Source of the DNA: Eledone cirrhosa
Lineage: Eukaryota
NCBI GenBank assembly: GCA_964016885.1
Contig: OZ024747.1
Span: 40,486,001 to 40,550,000 of the forward strand
Reading direction: 5' to 3'
DNA: 64,000 nucleotides
This document shows, in pieces, positions 1 to 12,169 of the stretch (the stretch's first letter is position 1; each line of letters starts with the position of its first letter). The position numbers and the translations under genes are program-made. Under the pieces are notes generated by a model. The model ran no database searches. It was not told the DNA's origin and saw only the letters and a program-made list of their open reading frames with translations.

Positions 1-871
1 TACTCAGGGTTGTTGTTAGCAAGATGGTTAATAATTATGGACTGGACTTGATCTTTGCTCTTTAAACTCTGCTGCTGGTGATCGAACTTTGCGGAGAAAA
101 ATATCTCATGTTGATGCACAGTCTGCAACTGGCAGAGTTTAGCATCACAAGAAGAAGATATACAATTCAATGTTTAAAATAAACGTATTTTAAGTCAGTT
201 ATATATTCGCATAATAAAGTAAATTTCAGTGGCAGACAAAGTCATAACATAAATGTATACACCTTGATGATAAAATAACAAAGGAATAAAAACAGAAAGC
301 AAACATAAAACTGGCAGTACCCCAGTATGGCCTCAGCCTGTTGGCTGGAACATGTAAGAGAGTAAAAGAGTAAGGAGATCAAACCCATAATATTCATGTT
401 ATCAATTGAGCCAACTAGTCTTACATTGTTTTAACATTAGAAATTAAGAAGTAGATGCATGCATGGCCTCATAACTCCTTAGAGAGTCATAGATGTGCCG
501 TATTGACATAGCGACTTTCTAGGGAATTTTAAAAACCTGGCAGACCCCCATCTCTTCTCTATGTCTGAATACAGCAGATTCCTTCGAAAGAAGGATAGAG
601 AGTGAGAGAATAAAAGTGAGAAAGAGATATAGAGGAAGAATCGATCCCACTACTAGACTGGTACTTTCTTTTCATCGACCTCAAATGGATGAAAGGCAAA
701 GTTGATCTCAGTGGAATTTGAATTGAGGGAGCAGAGAACTAAAATGAGTACCACAAGGCACTCTATATGACTTTCTAACAACTCTACTAATTCACTGCCT
801 AAGAAATAGATGAACACAGACAATGAGACGAACATTTAAAATTATATAATAGATATAAAAATATGTCTTAC

Positions 872-1276
872 CTGAGTTTTCACTTTTGAAAACCGATAGG
901 CAAAGGAATCAAGACGTTCAGCATTTCCATCATTAAAAACAATGCCATACTTGTGTAACAAAGCATAAGCATCTTCTATTGGAATGAAATTCAGTTCAAC
1001 CGACACCTCTTCTTCTTTTGCTTCGTTTATGGCTGCCATCAGTGAACGTACATCATCCAGATCATTAATTGGATGGGATAAGCTTTTCATTATTCGATCA
1101 AAGAAAGAGAAGACTGTATTCATCTTTTGTGCAGACATTTCATTTAGGGTTTTTGCATATGCATATTCCCAAGCTTGAGCTTCTGCGGTAAGAGCCATTT
1201 TTAAGCGTTCTGTCATCATTTCTACTGGCCCAACAGTATAACTGGGTTCTATAGTTTCAATTTCATCTTGTAATAC
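872..1276 (-). CDS. DNAH5: Axonemal dynein heavy chain (DNAH5/DNAH8-like) exon, last in window (VLQDEIETIEPSY...FSKVKTQ)
   Basis: 405 bp, phase 0/0, ttctttcag| acceptor and |gtaaga donor. Peptide LSHPINDLDDVRSLMAAINE...PIEDAYALL resembles DNAH5-family [20 protein letters not shown]...PIEESYALL. Exact paralogue uncertain. Confidence 0.88.
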
Positions 1277-2204
1277 CTGAAAGAAGACAAAAACAAAAAA
1301 AAATGTTATGTGATTAGAAAACATAGTAGTATATCCATATTCAAATCATTAATCAATTAGGTAAGAGTTGGATAGGCTTACAGTATAGTACATTGAATCT
1401 TATCTTCGATGAGTTTCAATCTTCTCAAATCTGGCTTTAGAATTATTTGCGAGAGCATGATGATGAAACCTTCTTTAATTCAAATTAACTATGGTTACCT
1501 TCCAAATCACAACATATTTTATCTAACAAACATCATTCACTTTGCTCTACATGTTCAAATTAACATAGATGATTATGCTGATGATAGTTACCAGCTTACA
1601 ACTTCCAATGACTTTCCAATGTTTAACCAAACTTAATAGATCAAGGAGTAGATGTGATGGAGATGGAAATATTGGTCTTAAGCAAACTAAATCTCCTAAC
1701 AGTCTAACTCTAAAAACTGCACCATTTTCCCTCCACAGTAACTAATGATACCTATTACTTGTCAATACTTAAATGGCTTAAGAACAAGAAATATTGCTAC
1801 ACCATCATCCTTATTATCATCATTTTATATCTGCTTTTCATGCTGTCATGGTTTGGATGGATTGTCACACTTACAATCGTAAGGTTGTGAATTCAAATCC
1901 TGGACTGGGCCATGCATTGTCTTCTTGAGCAAAACCCTTTATTTCACATTACTCCTGTTCACTCAGCTGTAGAAATGAGTTGCCACATCACTGGTGCCAA
2001 GTTGTATTAGCCATTACCTTTCCTTTGGACAACATTGATGGCATGGAGAGGGGAGACTGGTCTTCCACAAATACACCTTGCCCAGGGTTGTGTCTCAGAA
2101 GGGAACATTCCAGGTGGAAAACCACGGTCATTCATGATCGGGGTGGGGGGGGGGGGGGCTGTGATGAAATGTGTTTATCTTACAGCATTATAACTTATAC
2201 CATG

Positions 2205-2355
2205 CTTTGACACATACAGTTACGGTCCTTGCCATTCTGAGTTCAAATCCCGCCGAGGTTCACTTTGCCTTTCATCCTTACGGGATCGATAAAATAAAGT
2301 ACCAGTAATGCACTGGGTAATTGCTGGCCTTGTGCCAAAAGTAGAAACCATTATA
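2205..2355 (+). mobile_element. tRNA-derived SINE (family A), 5'-truncated
   Basis: B-box-like GAGTTCAAATCCC, core gcctttcatccttacggg..gataaaataaagtaccagt, 3' end ggccttgtgccaaaagtagaaac+(ATT)n; recurs many times in the window. Confidence 0.8.
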
Positions 2356-2436
2356 ACTAATACCTTGTAATACTGAGTTTCAGTTTATGGCTTTACTCAA
2401 ATACAAAATCTACATATATACATAGTTTTCATCATA

Positions 2437-2805
2437 ATTGTTTCTACTTTTGGCACAAGGCCAGCAATTACCCAGTACATTACTGGTACTTTATTTTATC
2501 GACCTCATAAGGATGAAAGGCAAAGTTAACCTTGGCGGGATTTGAACTCAGATCGTAAAGGGACGTAACTCTATGCTGGAAAGCATGTCCGACCCTCTAC
2601 CGATACTGCCAATTCACCGCAGTTTTCATCATAATTGTTTCTACGTTTGGCACAAGGCCAGCAATTACCCAGTGCATTACTGGTACTTTATATTATTGAC
2701 CCCGTAAGAATGAAAGGCAAAGTTAACCTCGGCGGGATTTGAACTCAGTCCGTAAAGGGACGTAACTTTGCTGCAAAGCATGGCGTCCGACCCTCTACTG
2801 ATACT
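2437..2805 (-). mobile_element. Two tandem family A SINEs
   Basis: Two reverse-complement copies, each preceded by the duplicated target agttttcatcataat. Confidence 0.8.
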
Positions 2806-4411
2806 GGATCTGTGCCTTACACATCATAAGTTTTCATGCGGTGGATTGGCAGAATTGTTAGAGCATCAGACAAATGCTTACCAATATTTTTCCAGTTCTT
2901 AATGTTCTCAGTTCAAATCCCACAAAGGTTAGCTTTAAATTACCAGTAACATACTAGGGTCAATTTAATCAAAATTATTGGCCTAGTGCCTCAATCAGAA
3001 ACCATTATTATTGAGTTTACAGAGACACCAGAGCAAATTTCAGCTGGGAGGGATGTAATTCTCACTTTATATTTATAGATAGATTCTATAAGATGCCAAT
3101 ACTTCAGACTATTCATTGGCTAGTTAAGATTTGGAGTTGTCTCTCCTATTTCTCTTGAGCAGATTTAAGTATTGATCTAACATTTACCTTTCCACAATAT
3201 TGTTTGATTAATTAATTTTCTTTCTCTTCAGATTAAATGTATTAGCACTTATTTTATTAATTCTTCTCTAAGTGACTGGAACCCCTGGGTAAATTCTCTT
3301 GGTCATTATATTATGTTATCTTACATGTGCATTATTGTGCATACATATAGTGATAATTACAGATGTGGCAATTGTAGTAAAGACTATGCTTCAATTAGGA
3401 GGTCTAATGGGATAAAAATATGTCTGGAACTGTCACTGTGTTTGCCAATGATTTGATTTAGTATTAGTTCTTGTGTTGATATTTTTGACATGTCTATTTT
3501 GAAGTTACTGCGACTATCTATCTTGGGCAAGAAGAATCTTGATTAATTAAAGTACTTGCCATATTAAATACATTAGCACTTAGTTCACTTTTCATACTGT
3601 TTTTGATTGCTATAAAGTCAATAAACTCACTAATGTAATGGCAATCAAAACTCTTTATATAATGAGAGCCATGGATATTTGCTGTTATTGTTGCCCAATT
3701 TAAGATTAGCCCTAATTGAGTACATCTATATAACAAATTTTGCAAGTATTTTTGTTTGTCAACATATTTCACAATTTGCTACTAAATTCAGAGCACTGTT
3801 TCCAAACAAACACCAGTAGATTTTCTGTCACCAACTCTCACAGAGTTACATTGATAATTCTGACTTTTTTCCTGAGAGTTACTGTTACCCATATGTCTAA
3901 AATCATGTTTATATATATACAAAATCATATTTTTCCATTCAAGAATGTTTTTTTTAAAGTCGAGTCTTAACATTTTAGAATATAGCAAGTAGAGGATATA
4001 AAAATCTTCCAGACATTGTTGCTGGCAGATATTATTTTGGAACCAAGCAGATATCACATAAGATATGATATGGACATAAACTTGGATATGATATGGACTA
4101 TTCTATGTTTAGTTAGTTACAGGGTCTAAGTAACTAACTGAGCATTCATTTAACTTGTGAATTAAGCAAAGTAATAGTTGGTTTTAATATTTATAATGTG
4201 GTTACAGTTCCAAAAGCTTTAGTAATGATTCTTCTATTCCAAGCAGAAAATTATATTATGGCTTCTTTATGCAATAAGTCAGCAAATTGTAGCAACCAAG
4301 AAACAGATGAAGTATTTATGTCAAAAACATGCTCACATGTTTCCAAATCAAAGCCAACAAGAGGATTGAATCAAGAACATGGTCTTCACTCAGAAGCTGA
4401 AACTAAAATAA

Positions 4412-4598
4412 TGATTTCTACTTTTGGCACAAGGCCAGCAATTATCCCGGTGAATTACTGGTACTTTATTTTATCGACCCCGTAAGGATGAAAGGCAAAG
4501 TTAACCTCGGCGGGATTTTAACTCAGATCGTAAAGGCCCGTAACTCCATGCTGCAAAGCATGGCGTCCGACCCTCTAATGATACTGCCAATCCACCAC
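4412..4598 (-). mobile_element. Family A SINE with TSD
   Basis: Flanked by the direct repeat gctgaaactaaaat. Confidence 0.8.
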
Positions 4599-5909
4599 AG
4601 CTGAAACTAAAATTATGAAATTAAATAGGGGAAGACTTCAGAATCACTGTGTATTGGAAAAAAACAATCAGAATTTGCAATTTATATCAATGTTAGTGAG
4701 AATCTGTATTGCTGCAAAGATATGAGTGTTTTGTTTTTTTAGTGTTGTTATCCTGAAGCATGACTCCATGGAATCGTGATTATTCATAAACAGTTTTGTT
4801 TCAATATGGAAACAGATTGTTCATAAACAGCTGCAGTTGAAGTCACAAAGCAGTTTTACTTTACAATGGAAACCAGTATCCACTCAGTACAAATGAAAGA
4901 TGCCCTTAAAAATGTTAAACATCAAAATTAGTCATAAAAATTGAAATAGAAGGCATCACCATGATTTTTTGGACTAAATAAAATAGTCTAATAAGAGGGC
5001 ATATAAACCTACTGAATGGAAAAAGATGGGTGTCAACACCCAAAATGTAAGTCAAATTTAAGTGTGATATGTGTGTGTGTGTGGGGGGATTATAAGATGC
5101 ATATTTCTATGCTTAATTTGCAATGTGGGTGTACAAAATATTTATATTTTCTATATTTATAAGATAATAGAGCTGTTGGTGACCCCTACTAGAATATTTA
5201 GTGGTCCCATGAGGAGAAGATTAAATGTTGCCAAGCGGCTTCTTGTGGAGCCTGAAAAATCTTTTGATAACTCTACTTCATATAAAATTGGGATTGATAA
5301 AATATGGAAACACTTTGGAGGAGAAACATTTGAAGAACCCTGCTTATCTTTTGAAAGCCCTGATGAGAGATTATATATGGTTGCTGGCTAGAATTAAAGA
5401 AGTTACAAAAGATAAGTGTGATCTTCAAATGTCTACCTTTTTTTGCCATATTACTTATGAAATACACTGCCAATTATTTAAAAATAAATTTGAAAATAAT
5501 CAAAATTTTGGAAGGATTTAGGAATATAACTAACTCTCTCATTACAAAGTTGGTTTTAGGAACATAACAAAAGTTCTAACAAAAAGCTATGATGGGAGAT
5601 TTATAAATAAATATAAATACTTTAAAATGAGCAGTTCCGTATTGTAAAACCAGGACGTTTTCACACAGTTTGGTATCAAAACATCATTAATCTTTAAGCT
5701 CTCATATTTTCTGAATTTGTTAATTATTGTATATGTCAACTACATTTAATTGAAAAGTCTTTAGCAAATTGAACACAAACTTACAAGTTTGTCAATTATA
5801 TGACTTGTTAAATACATTTATTTGGAAAGTTTGGAGGAAATTAAAAATGAAACTGATTATTTTTCCCTCAACATAAAAAGGAAACCCACAGCTAACCATA
5901 TGTAAAGGT

Positions 5910-6285
5910 CATCATCATCATCACCGTTTTACGTCCATTCTTCCATGCTAGCATGGGTTAGACGGGTTGTCCTGTTGTGGGCAATGCCAGGTCAGGTGAC
6001 CATGTCTTGCCCATACAGAACTGATTTTGGCTTGACTTCTACAGCTGGATGCCCTTCCTAACACCAACTTCATTTACAATGAATACTGGGTGCTTTTTAC
6101 CATAGTGTCTACATGATCACTTTACAGTGTGGACTGGGTGCTATTTTTGTCCTGACACCTACATGACCACTTCACAGCGAGGGCATACTGTCTATATGCT
6201 CCAGCTTCAACTTGGACCCATGGGAAGTCGGTTCTTCTGTATTACTGTGTAATACCAGAGGTCTCGGTCCTGTGTCATCACCCTT
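5910..6285 (-). mobile_element. SINE family B fragment ((ATG)n-tailed)
   Basis: Reverse complement of ggaagggcatccagctgtagaa...ggacgtaaaa+(ATG)n. Confidence 0.7.
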
Positions 6286-6495
6286 GAGAGGTGTAATTGG
6301 TATATAAGGTGAAATATAAAACTAAAATTATTTCAGAAAATCTCAATGACAGGCAGAAACTAAGATCAGGTTTGACCAAAGCAAAAAAAAAACAATAAAA
6401 CATATAGACACAACAACAAAATTCAGATCAATAAAACATGTGTTGTTTAGTGTAATCAAATACATTCCAGCTATTTCTTTTTTTTTCTTTAAGAT

Positions 6496-6800
6496 ATGAA
6501 GGCACATGGCTTAGTGGTTAGAGCATCGGACTTGCAACCGAAATGTTGTGAGTTCAATTCTTAGACTGGGTGATGTCTTGTTTCCGTGAGTAAGACACTT
6601 TATTTCATATTGCTCCAGTTTACTCAGCTGTGGAGGAGGTGGTCGAGGAGGTGCCATGGCAAAAAAGCACCCAGCACTCACTGTAAATGAGGTTGGTGTT
6701 AGGAAGGGCATCCAACTGTAGAAATCAAGCCAGAATCAGTTCCCGTCCCACCCTTGGAAGTAGGGTAAAGTGGACGTAAAAGGATGATGATGATGATGAT
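6496..6800 (+). mobile_element. tRNA-derived SINE family B with RTE-like 3' end
   Basis: A box TGGCTTAGTGG, B box GAGTTCAATTC, tail gtggacgtaaaagg(atg)n; near copy at 10676-11008. Confidence 0.8.
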
Positions 6801-7919
6801 AGTAGGGTATGATCTGAAGAAGGTTTGGCTGAATGATTCTAGAAGGTCAAGTAACCATGTAGAGATTCCCACATTAGTTTGTTTCATAAACTTTAATGTC
6901 AATAACTATATATCACAAACAAAATGTTTTAATATCTTGAGACTAGCACTTAAATACCCAATCTATGAGAAAGCACAAAATAAATAGATGTAAGATCTTG
7001 AGAAATCTCTTAAAAGGAATATTATTTCTGTGAAACTATTAAGCCCTGATCTCTAGACATCACATTACAATGAGAATAATGTTTCAGCCCGATTACATGA
7101 TAACCCATGCGAGAAATATGTCCACTGACAACAAATCATGAAATATCTCATATTTGTACAGTTCCTTGCATAACTTTATTCTATTGATTTAACTTCTGTC
7201 GAAATTTCTATTTTCCCACCATATGTCACATTACATATATGACACATTGTTATTAGTAACTGTCAGTATGAAATATTAAAATAAATTAGCTGCATGGAGA
7301 GATTTTTTCTCCACATAAAAAGACATATACTTGACATTAAAGTTTATTAAACATACACTGTGTGACTGTCAACCAGTTTTGAAGTCAATTTTGAAGGTTT
7401 TTTTTCTCTCAAGATGTTGAAAATTTAAAGAGAAAAAGTTTTTAGTAGTACTGTAAATAACTGGAACAAATTGGATAAATAAATTCTATAATTATCGTTG
7501 AGTTTCAAGATTTACAACAAAATGGATTTATAAATATGCTTTCCCCTGCATATTGCATCACTATCATGAAAAGACAAATAAATATATGAGGAGGTGTAAT
7601 GTTACCACAAAGAAAGTAGTATGGCACCATAAAAGAATAAATAAATGCTTTATGATAGATGAAACCATATATTCTAGACATATAATCAGGTTAAGAATAA
7701 ACATACCAAACTGGCATATACTTTCCTTGATACTCCGAGTTTCCCAAAGTAAGGTTGATCTTACTTCATTCATCAACAAGCAGGGAAAAGTGAACATAAA
7801 ATGATGATGATATATACACATAAGAAATTTATCACAAATATACGTAACATCTCAATGAAAAGAAATTCCTAAAATAATCGCATTCAGAGAAGCAAATACA
7901 CACATACACATATATATAT

Positions 7920-8875
7920 ATCATCATCATTTTATGTCCACTTTTCCCTGCTTGCAAGGTTGGACGGGTCTTATTAAGCACACCATCTCTCCACTTGTCA
8001 CGGTCCTTTGTTATCTCCTCCATGAGCTTCAGCAATCTGAGGTCAGCTCTCACCATTTCCGCCCATGTTTTTTGTGGTCTCCCTCAACTGCGTCTTCCTT
8101 CTACAGGGATTTCTTGGCACTTCTTTACCCAGCGGTCATCCTCCATGAGTATCACATGTCCATACCAACGCAGTCTCCTCTCCCGCACACTATAGCCTAT
8201 CCCTCTTATACACAGTTTCTCTCTCAACTCGGCTATGCTTGGTCGTTCACGCACATTGACATTGCACATCCAACGGAGCATGCTTGCTTTATTTCTCTCC
8301 AAACCCCTCTTCGTCAACAGAGCAAGCAGCCTAATGGCCCTATCTACTGTGCTGTTCAGCCACCAGGTCACCTTCTGTCTGGTCGGAGCTCTGCTCCAGC
8401 CACAAATTTCTTGAGTAAGTTGTCACGTAAGAAATTCCAGTTATCATCTATGACATATGATTCTAACTCATCTTCTTTATCCTCATACACATCTTGAAGG
8501 GCTTTCCTAAATTTATATTTTAGTGAAAGGTCATTTAGCTTTCAGACTTTCCTTTTCCACACCTTTCTGTATGTCTCATTTTGTCTCTTGCTTATTGAGA
8601 TGTCACTAACAACTAACCTATGCTGGGGGGTACATTCTTCCCGGAGGTATGCCTTAGTATTTGACACCATCTGTCTATCTCGTTGCCTAACTAACAAGAA
8701 GTCAATCTAGCTTATGTGCTCGCCTGATTGGTAGGTTATTAGGTGGTTCGTAGGTTTCTTGAAGTTAGTGTTGCAAATGGTTAGTGCACTTGCATCACAA
8801 AATTCAAGAAGCCTCACCCCTTCTTTGTTTCTTGATCCATAACCATGACCACCATGTACCACAGTGTATCCATCC
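7920..8875 (-). mobile_element. Internally deleted RTE-clade LINE (APE endonuclease remnant plus 3' end)
   Basis: Minus-strand GHGYGSRNKEGVRLLEFC (APE) and RLRWYGHV...(ATG)n tail; 3' part highly similar to 13580-13970. Confidence 0.8.
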
Positions 8876-8878
8876 TGT

Positions 8879-9000
8879 ATATTTAATATAGAAATGGCTT
8901 CTGCAGGACTAGAACTGTTTCATTCAGAGTAAATCATCATCATGATTTCCTGCAAATGAAACAGTTCTAGTCCTGTAGAAGTCATTTCTATATTAAATAT
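8879..9000. repeat. 46-bp-arm palindrome made of two head-to-head partial hammerhead motifs
   Basis: Arms 8879-8924 and 8955-9000, two mismatches; each strand reads ATGA-ttt...aat-GAAACAGTT-ctagtcc. Confidence 0.75.
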
Positions 9001-9109
9001 TTATACTCTGCTATGTATTGAGTACCTAACTTGCTGTGGTTACCCCCAATTAAACCTGGGATACACATATATGTATATAGAAGTAGTTCCACAACAGTGA
9101 GTTCACCAT

Positions 9110-9152
9110 ACCGAGAACAATTGTTTCACTTTATCCAGATCATCAGCTCAGT
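9110..9152 (-). ncRNA. Type I hammerhead ribozyme motif (minimal, Penelope-like)
   Basis: ACUGAG-CUGAUGA-UCUGGAUAAAGU-GAAACAAUUGUU-CUCGGU: 6-bp stem I, weak stem II, palindromic stem III AACAAUUGUU, GUU triplet. Confidence 0.65.
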
Positions 9153-9157
9153 CTAAA

Positions 9158-9203
<46 letters not shown>

Positions 9204-9230
9204 ATATATATAAACACATACATATATATA

Positions 9231-9721
9231 TCTCTATATATATATATAGTTGTATTCCTGTCTGTTTGTTTGTTTGTAAGTTTGTTTGTTCGTTAATGAA
9301 CTACTCCTATGATTTTGGAGATAAACCCCCATAACAATATATATTCTGAAACAACGTTGCCGGGGGCATTTGGATAAGTATATTTTAATCAAGAGGTTCC
9401 CCGGGGGCACAAACCCCTGCTGAAATTGTTTTTTTTTTATTTATATGAAATTTAAACCATAGGTAAATGATAAGATATGATGCCTATTCACAAAAGTTTT
9501 AAATTGATATTTTGAAAAAAATTATTTACAAGAAACAAAATAAGAATAAGATTAAATAATGTAATTTTGATTTGATATATTACAAAAAATAATGTTTTCC
9601 AATTTTTCATGCATTACATTTTACATTGAGTAATATTGAAATATCACTGATTTAAAATCAATCATCATTTTCTCACAAAAAAAATGTGTGAAAAGAAGCA
9701 AGGTGTGGATAATTCGGCTAG
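9231..9721 (+). mobile_element. Non-autonomous Helitron-like element
   Basis: Begins TCTCTATA...gtctgtttgtttgt, ends ttcggCTAG|T; no TSD. Confidence 0.6.
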
Positions 9722-9748
9722 TACATATATATATATATATATGTATAC

Positions 9749-10121
9749 ATCTCAGTTTTTCGAATAATAATAATAATATTCGATTTGTTTGCAAATATGC
9801 AAACAAGCCTCATTTTTTTAAAGCTAATATGCAGATCTGACTGATCAGCCAGTCTGCTAATATGCAAATCAGGCCGATCAGTCACTGTATATTTTAAAAA
9901 ATATCATATGCTTTCACTAGCTCTGACAGTTGGTAGGTGAATAATGAACTATACTGATGAAGGGTAATACTCAGAAACATTAGTGTCTGCAGTTCTGTTT
10001 ACATGCCAACACAAGTGTAAGAATAAGGGGCTCATTCTACTGACATGGCTCTAAAAATGAGGCTTGTTTGCATAATTGCAAACAAATCAGATATTATTAT
10101 TAATATTTGAAAAACTCAGAT
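9749..10121. mobile_element. Penelope-like pLTR remnant: ~70-bp inverted repeats enclosing a hammerhead
   Basis: 9749-9820 is the approximate reverse complement of 10052-10121. Confidence 0.6.
9946..9995 (+). ncRNA. Type I hammerhead ribozyme motif
   Basis: GAACUAUA-CUGAUGA-A GGGU AAU ACUC A-GAAACA UUAG UGUC-UGCAGUUC; GUC triplet, predicted cut after 9987. Confidence 0.7.
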
Positions 10122-10226
10122 TACATTTATTATATATATATATTAGACGTTAAACAATGATGATGATATTTAAGTTAATGACTTATCTATATTTATAGTT
10201 ATGTAATAAACAACATAAGATAATTA

Positions 10227-10286
10227 TTTCATTTACCAGTGGTTTCTTGAAAGCAACCAAAATTGCTTTCATTCATCAGAATGAAA
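10227..10286 (-). ncRNA. Type I hammerhead ribozyme motif with strong stem II
   Basis: UUUCAUU-CUGAUGA-A UGAAAGCAA UUUUGG UUGCUUUCA A-GAAACCACUGGUA-AAUGAAA: perfect 7-bp stem I and 9-bp stem II, GUA triplet. Confidence 0.78.
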
Positions 10287-10385
10287 AAATCCTGGTGTTT
10301 ATTACATAACTAATAAGCTCTGTAACCTACATAGAGCACTCTTTTTTTATCGACCTTTCCGACAGAATCACATCATTCACACACA

Positions 10386-10448
<63 letters not shown>

Positions 10449-10449
10449 T

Positions 10450-10661
10450 AATAATGGTTTCTTATATAGGCACAAGGCCAGCAATTTTGGGGGAAGGGAA
10501 AGTCGATTAAATCGACCCCAGTGCGTGACGGGTACTTTATTTTTTCGACCCCATAAGGATGAAAGGCAAAGTTAACCTCGGCGGGATTTGAACTCAGGGC
10601 CGTAACTCTATGATGCAAAGCATGGCGTCTGACCCTCTACCGATACTGCCAATCCACCGCC
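10450..10661 (-). mobile_element. Family A SINE, near full length
   Basis: Reverse complement begins ggcggtggattggcagtatcgg (tRNA-like head) and carries the shared core and 3' end. Confidence 0.8.
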
Positions 10662-10675
10662 CTATATATATATAT

Positions 10676-11008
10676 GGAGGCACATGGCTTAGTGGTTAGA
10701 GTATTGGACTTGCAATCGAAAGGTTGTGAGTTCAATTGTCAGACCGGGTGATGTGTTGTTTCCTTGAGCAAGACACTTTATTTCCCATTGCTCCAGTTTA
10801 CTCAGCTGTAGAAATGAGATGATGGGGACTGGGGTCCTTATCATTCCACTGCAAAGTGTTCGTGGAGGTGACACGGCAAAAAAACCACCCACCACTCACT
10901 GTAAATGAGGTTGGTGTTAGGAAGGGCATCCAGCTGTAGAAATCAAGCCAGTTCCCATCCCACCTTTGCAAGTAGGGAAAAGCAGACATAAAATGATGAC
11001 GATGATGA
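10676..11008 (+). mobile_element. Family B SINE
   Basis: Near copy of 6496-6800 with (ATG)n tail. Confidence 0.8.
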
Positions 11009-12120
11009 TCTATACTATAAAGCTGACGGCTGTAGGTAACAAACTTTCCACCAAACGGCTGGACCAAACAGCATCAAATTTGCACCATAGATGTAACTTT
11101 TTCCAAGTAAAACAGTGAAGGTATTTTTATTTATTGAATTTTGTTAAAAGATTAAAGACATTATTTAAATATTCACTTCTTTAAAATTTCAAATGTCAAC
11201 ACTCCCGGTTATATGACATTCTTCACTCTTTCTTATGATGTTGCACAACATTCCCCTTATAATATGTCTCTATATGTCTGGCTGTCTGCATTAGATAACG
11301 TTTTTCGAAATATTTACTTCTGCGTTCACAGACTGATATTTTTAGTTTCAGAAGATCCCGTTAAAGGTGAAACCAGCGATTCTTTGCTTAAACTTTAATC
11401 TGTATTTTTATATATATATTCGTGTACAGATATAAACCTATTTATTTCACGAAAGCACAGATGGCTTATCGTCATTGTTACTGTTTGAGATTAGAGGACC
11501 ACAGTCTTTCCAAGATCTGAGAACCATCAATGGCCATCAATGTTCCACTTACCATTTGGCTTGCAAGATGCATGGTATGTTACACGATGACAGCCATTGG
11601 CACCTCACCCTGCAAGAAGCAGCAACTGCTAAAGTCCCTTCTCAGCTACAAAAACTTTTTGCTATTATGCTGCACAACTCTTGCACTGTAGAACAACCAC
11701 CATGAAAGTCTAGCTGAGGACAAACTCCAATACACACGCAGACACAATCCGAACATAACATATGATGTTGTTTTCAATGAGGTGCTTATTTGTCTTGAAA
11801 ATAGTGTCCTAGAGGTTGGTGGTAGGCCTCTAAGTCACTACAGTTACCTGCTCCTGACAGGAGTGTCCAGAGACAAACTACGAAATCAGTGATTCTCCCA
11901 GGTTCATCGTATGTAGGATGCCCTAGGGTGAGCTCGCCAAACAATCTCTTCATCTTTGCTCCGGAGGGCCGAACAAAAAATATTGTATACTCTGAGGCTC
12001 TAACAATGTAATTTAAATATTTTCTGTTACTTGGAATTTCCATTATGGTTGTACAAATTATTGTGTGTTAAAAAATGTGTTCTCTGTTCAGCCTTTATTG
12101 TTGTAACTATCAATTTTCTT
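11009..12120 (+). mobile_element. Degenerate, internally deleted Helitron with RepHel/Pif1 helicase remnants
   Basis: 5' A|TCTATACTATAAAG; LLFEIRGPQSFQDLRTING..TYHLACKMHGMLHDD..W (11475-11705) and C-terminal ..NLFIFAPEGRTKNIVYSEAL near 11940-12005; 3' end uncertain. Confidence 0.75.
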
Positions 12121-12169
12121 TAACATACTGGCTGCTGAATCCTAAAAACTATTCAAACCCAACATCAGA

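Noticed and set aside
5071-5521. Overlapping ~100-aa ORFs
   Set aside because: No recognisable motif or splice context
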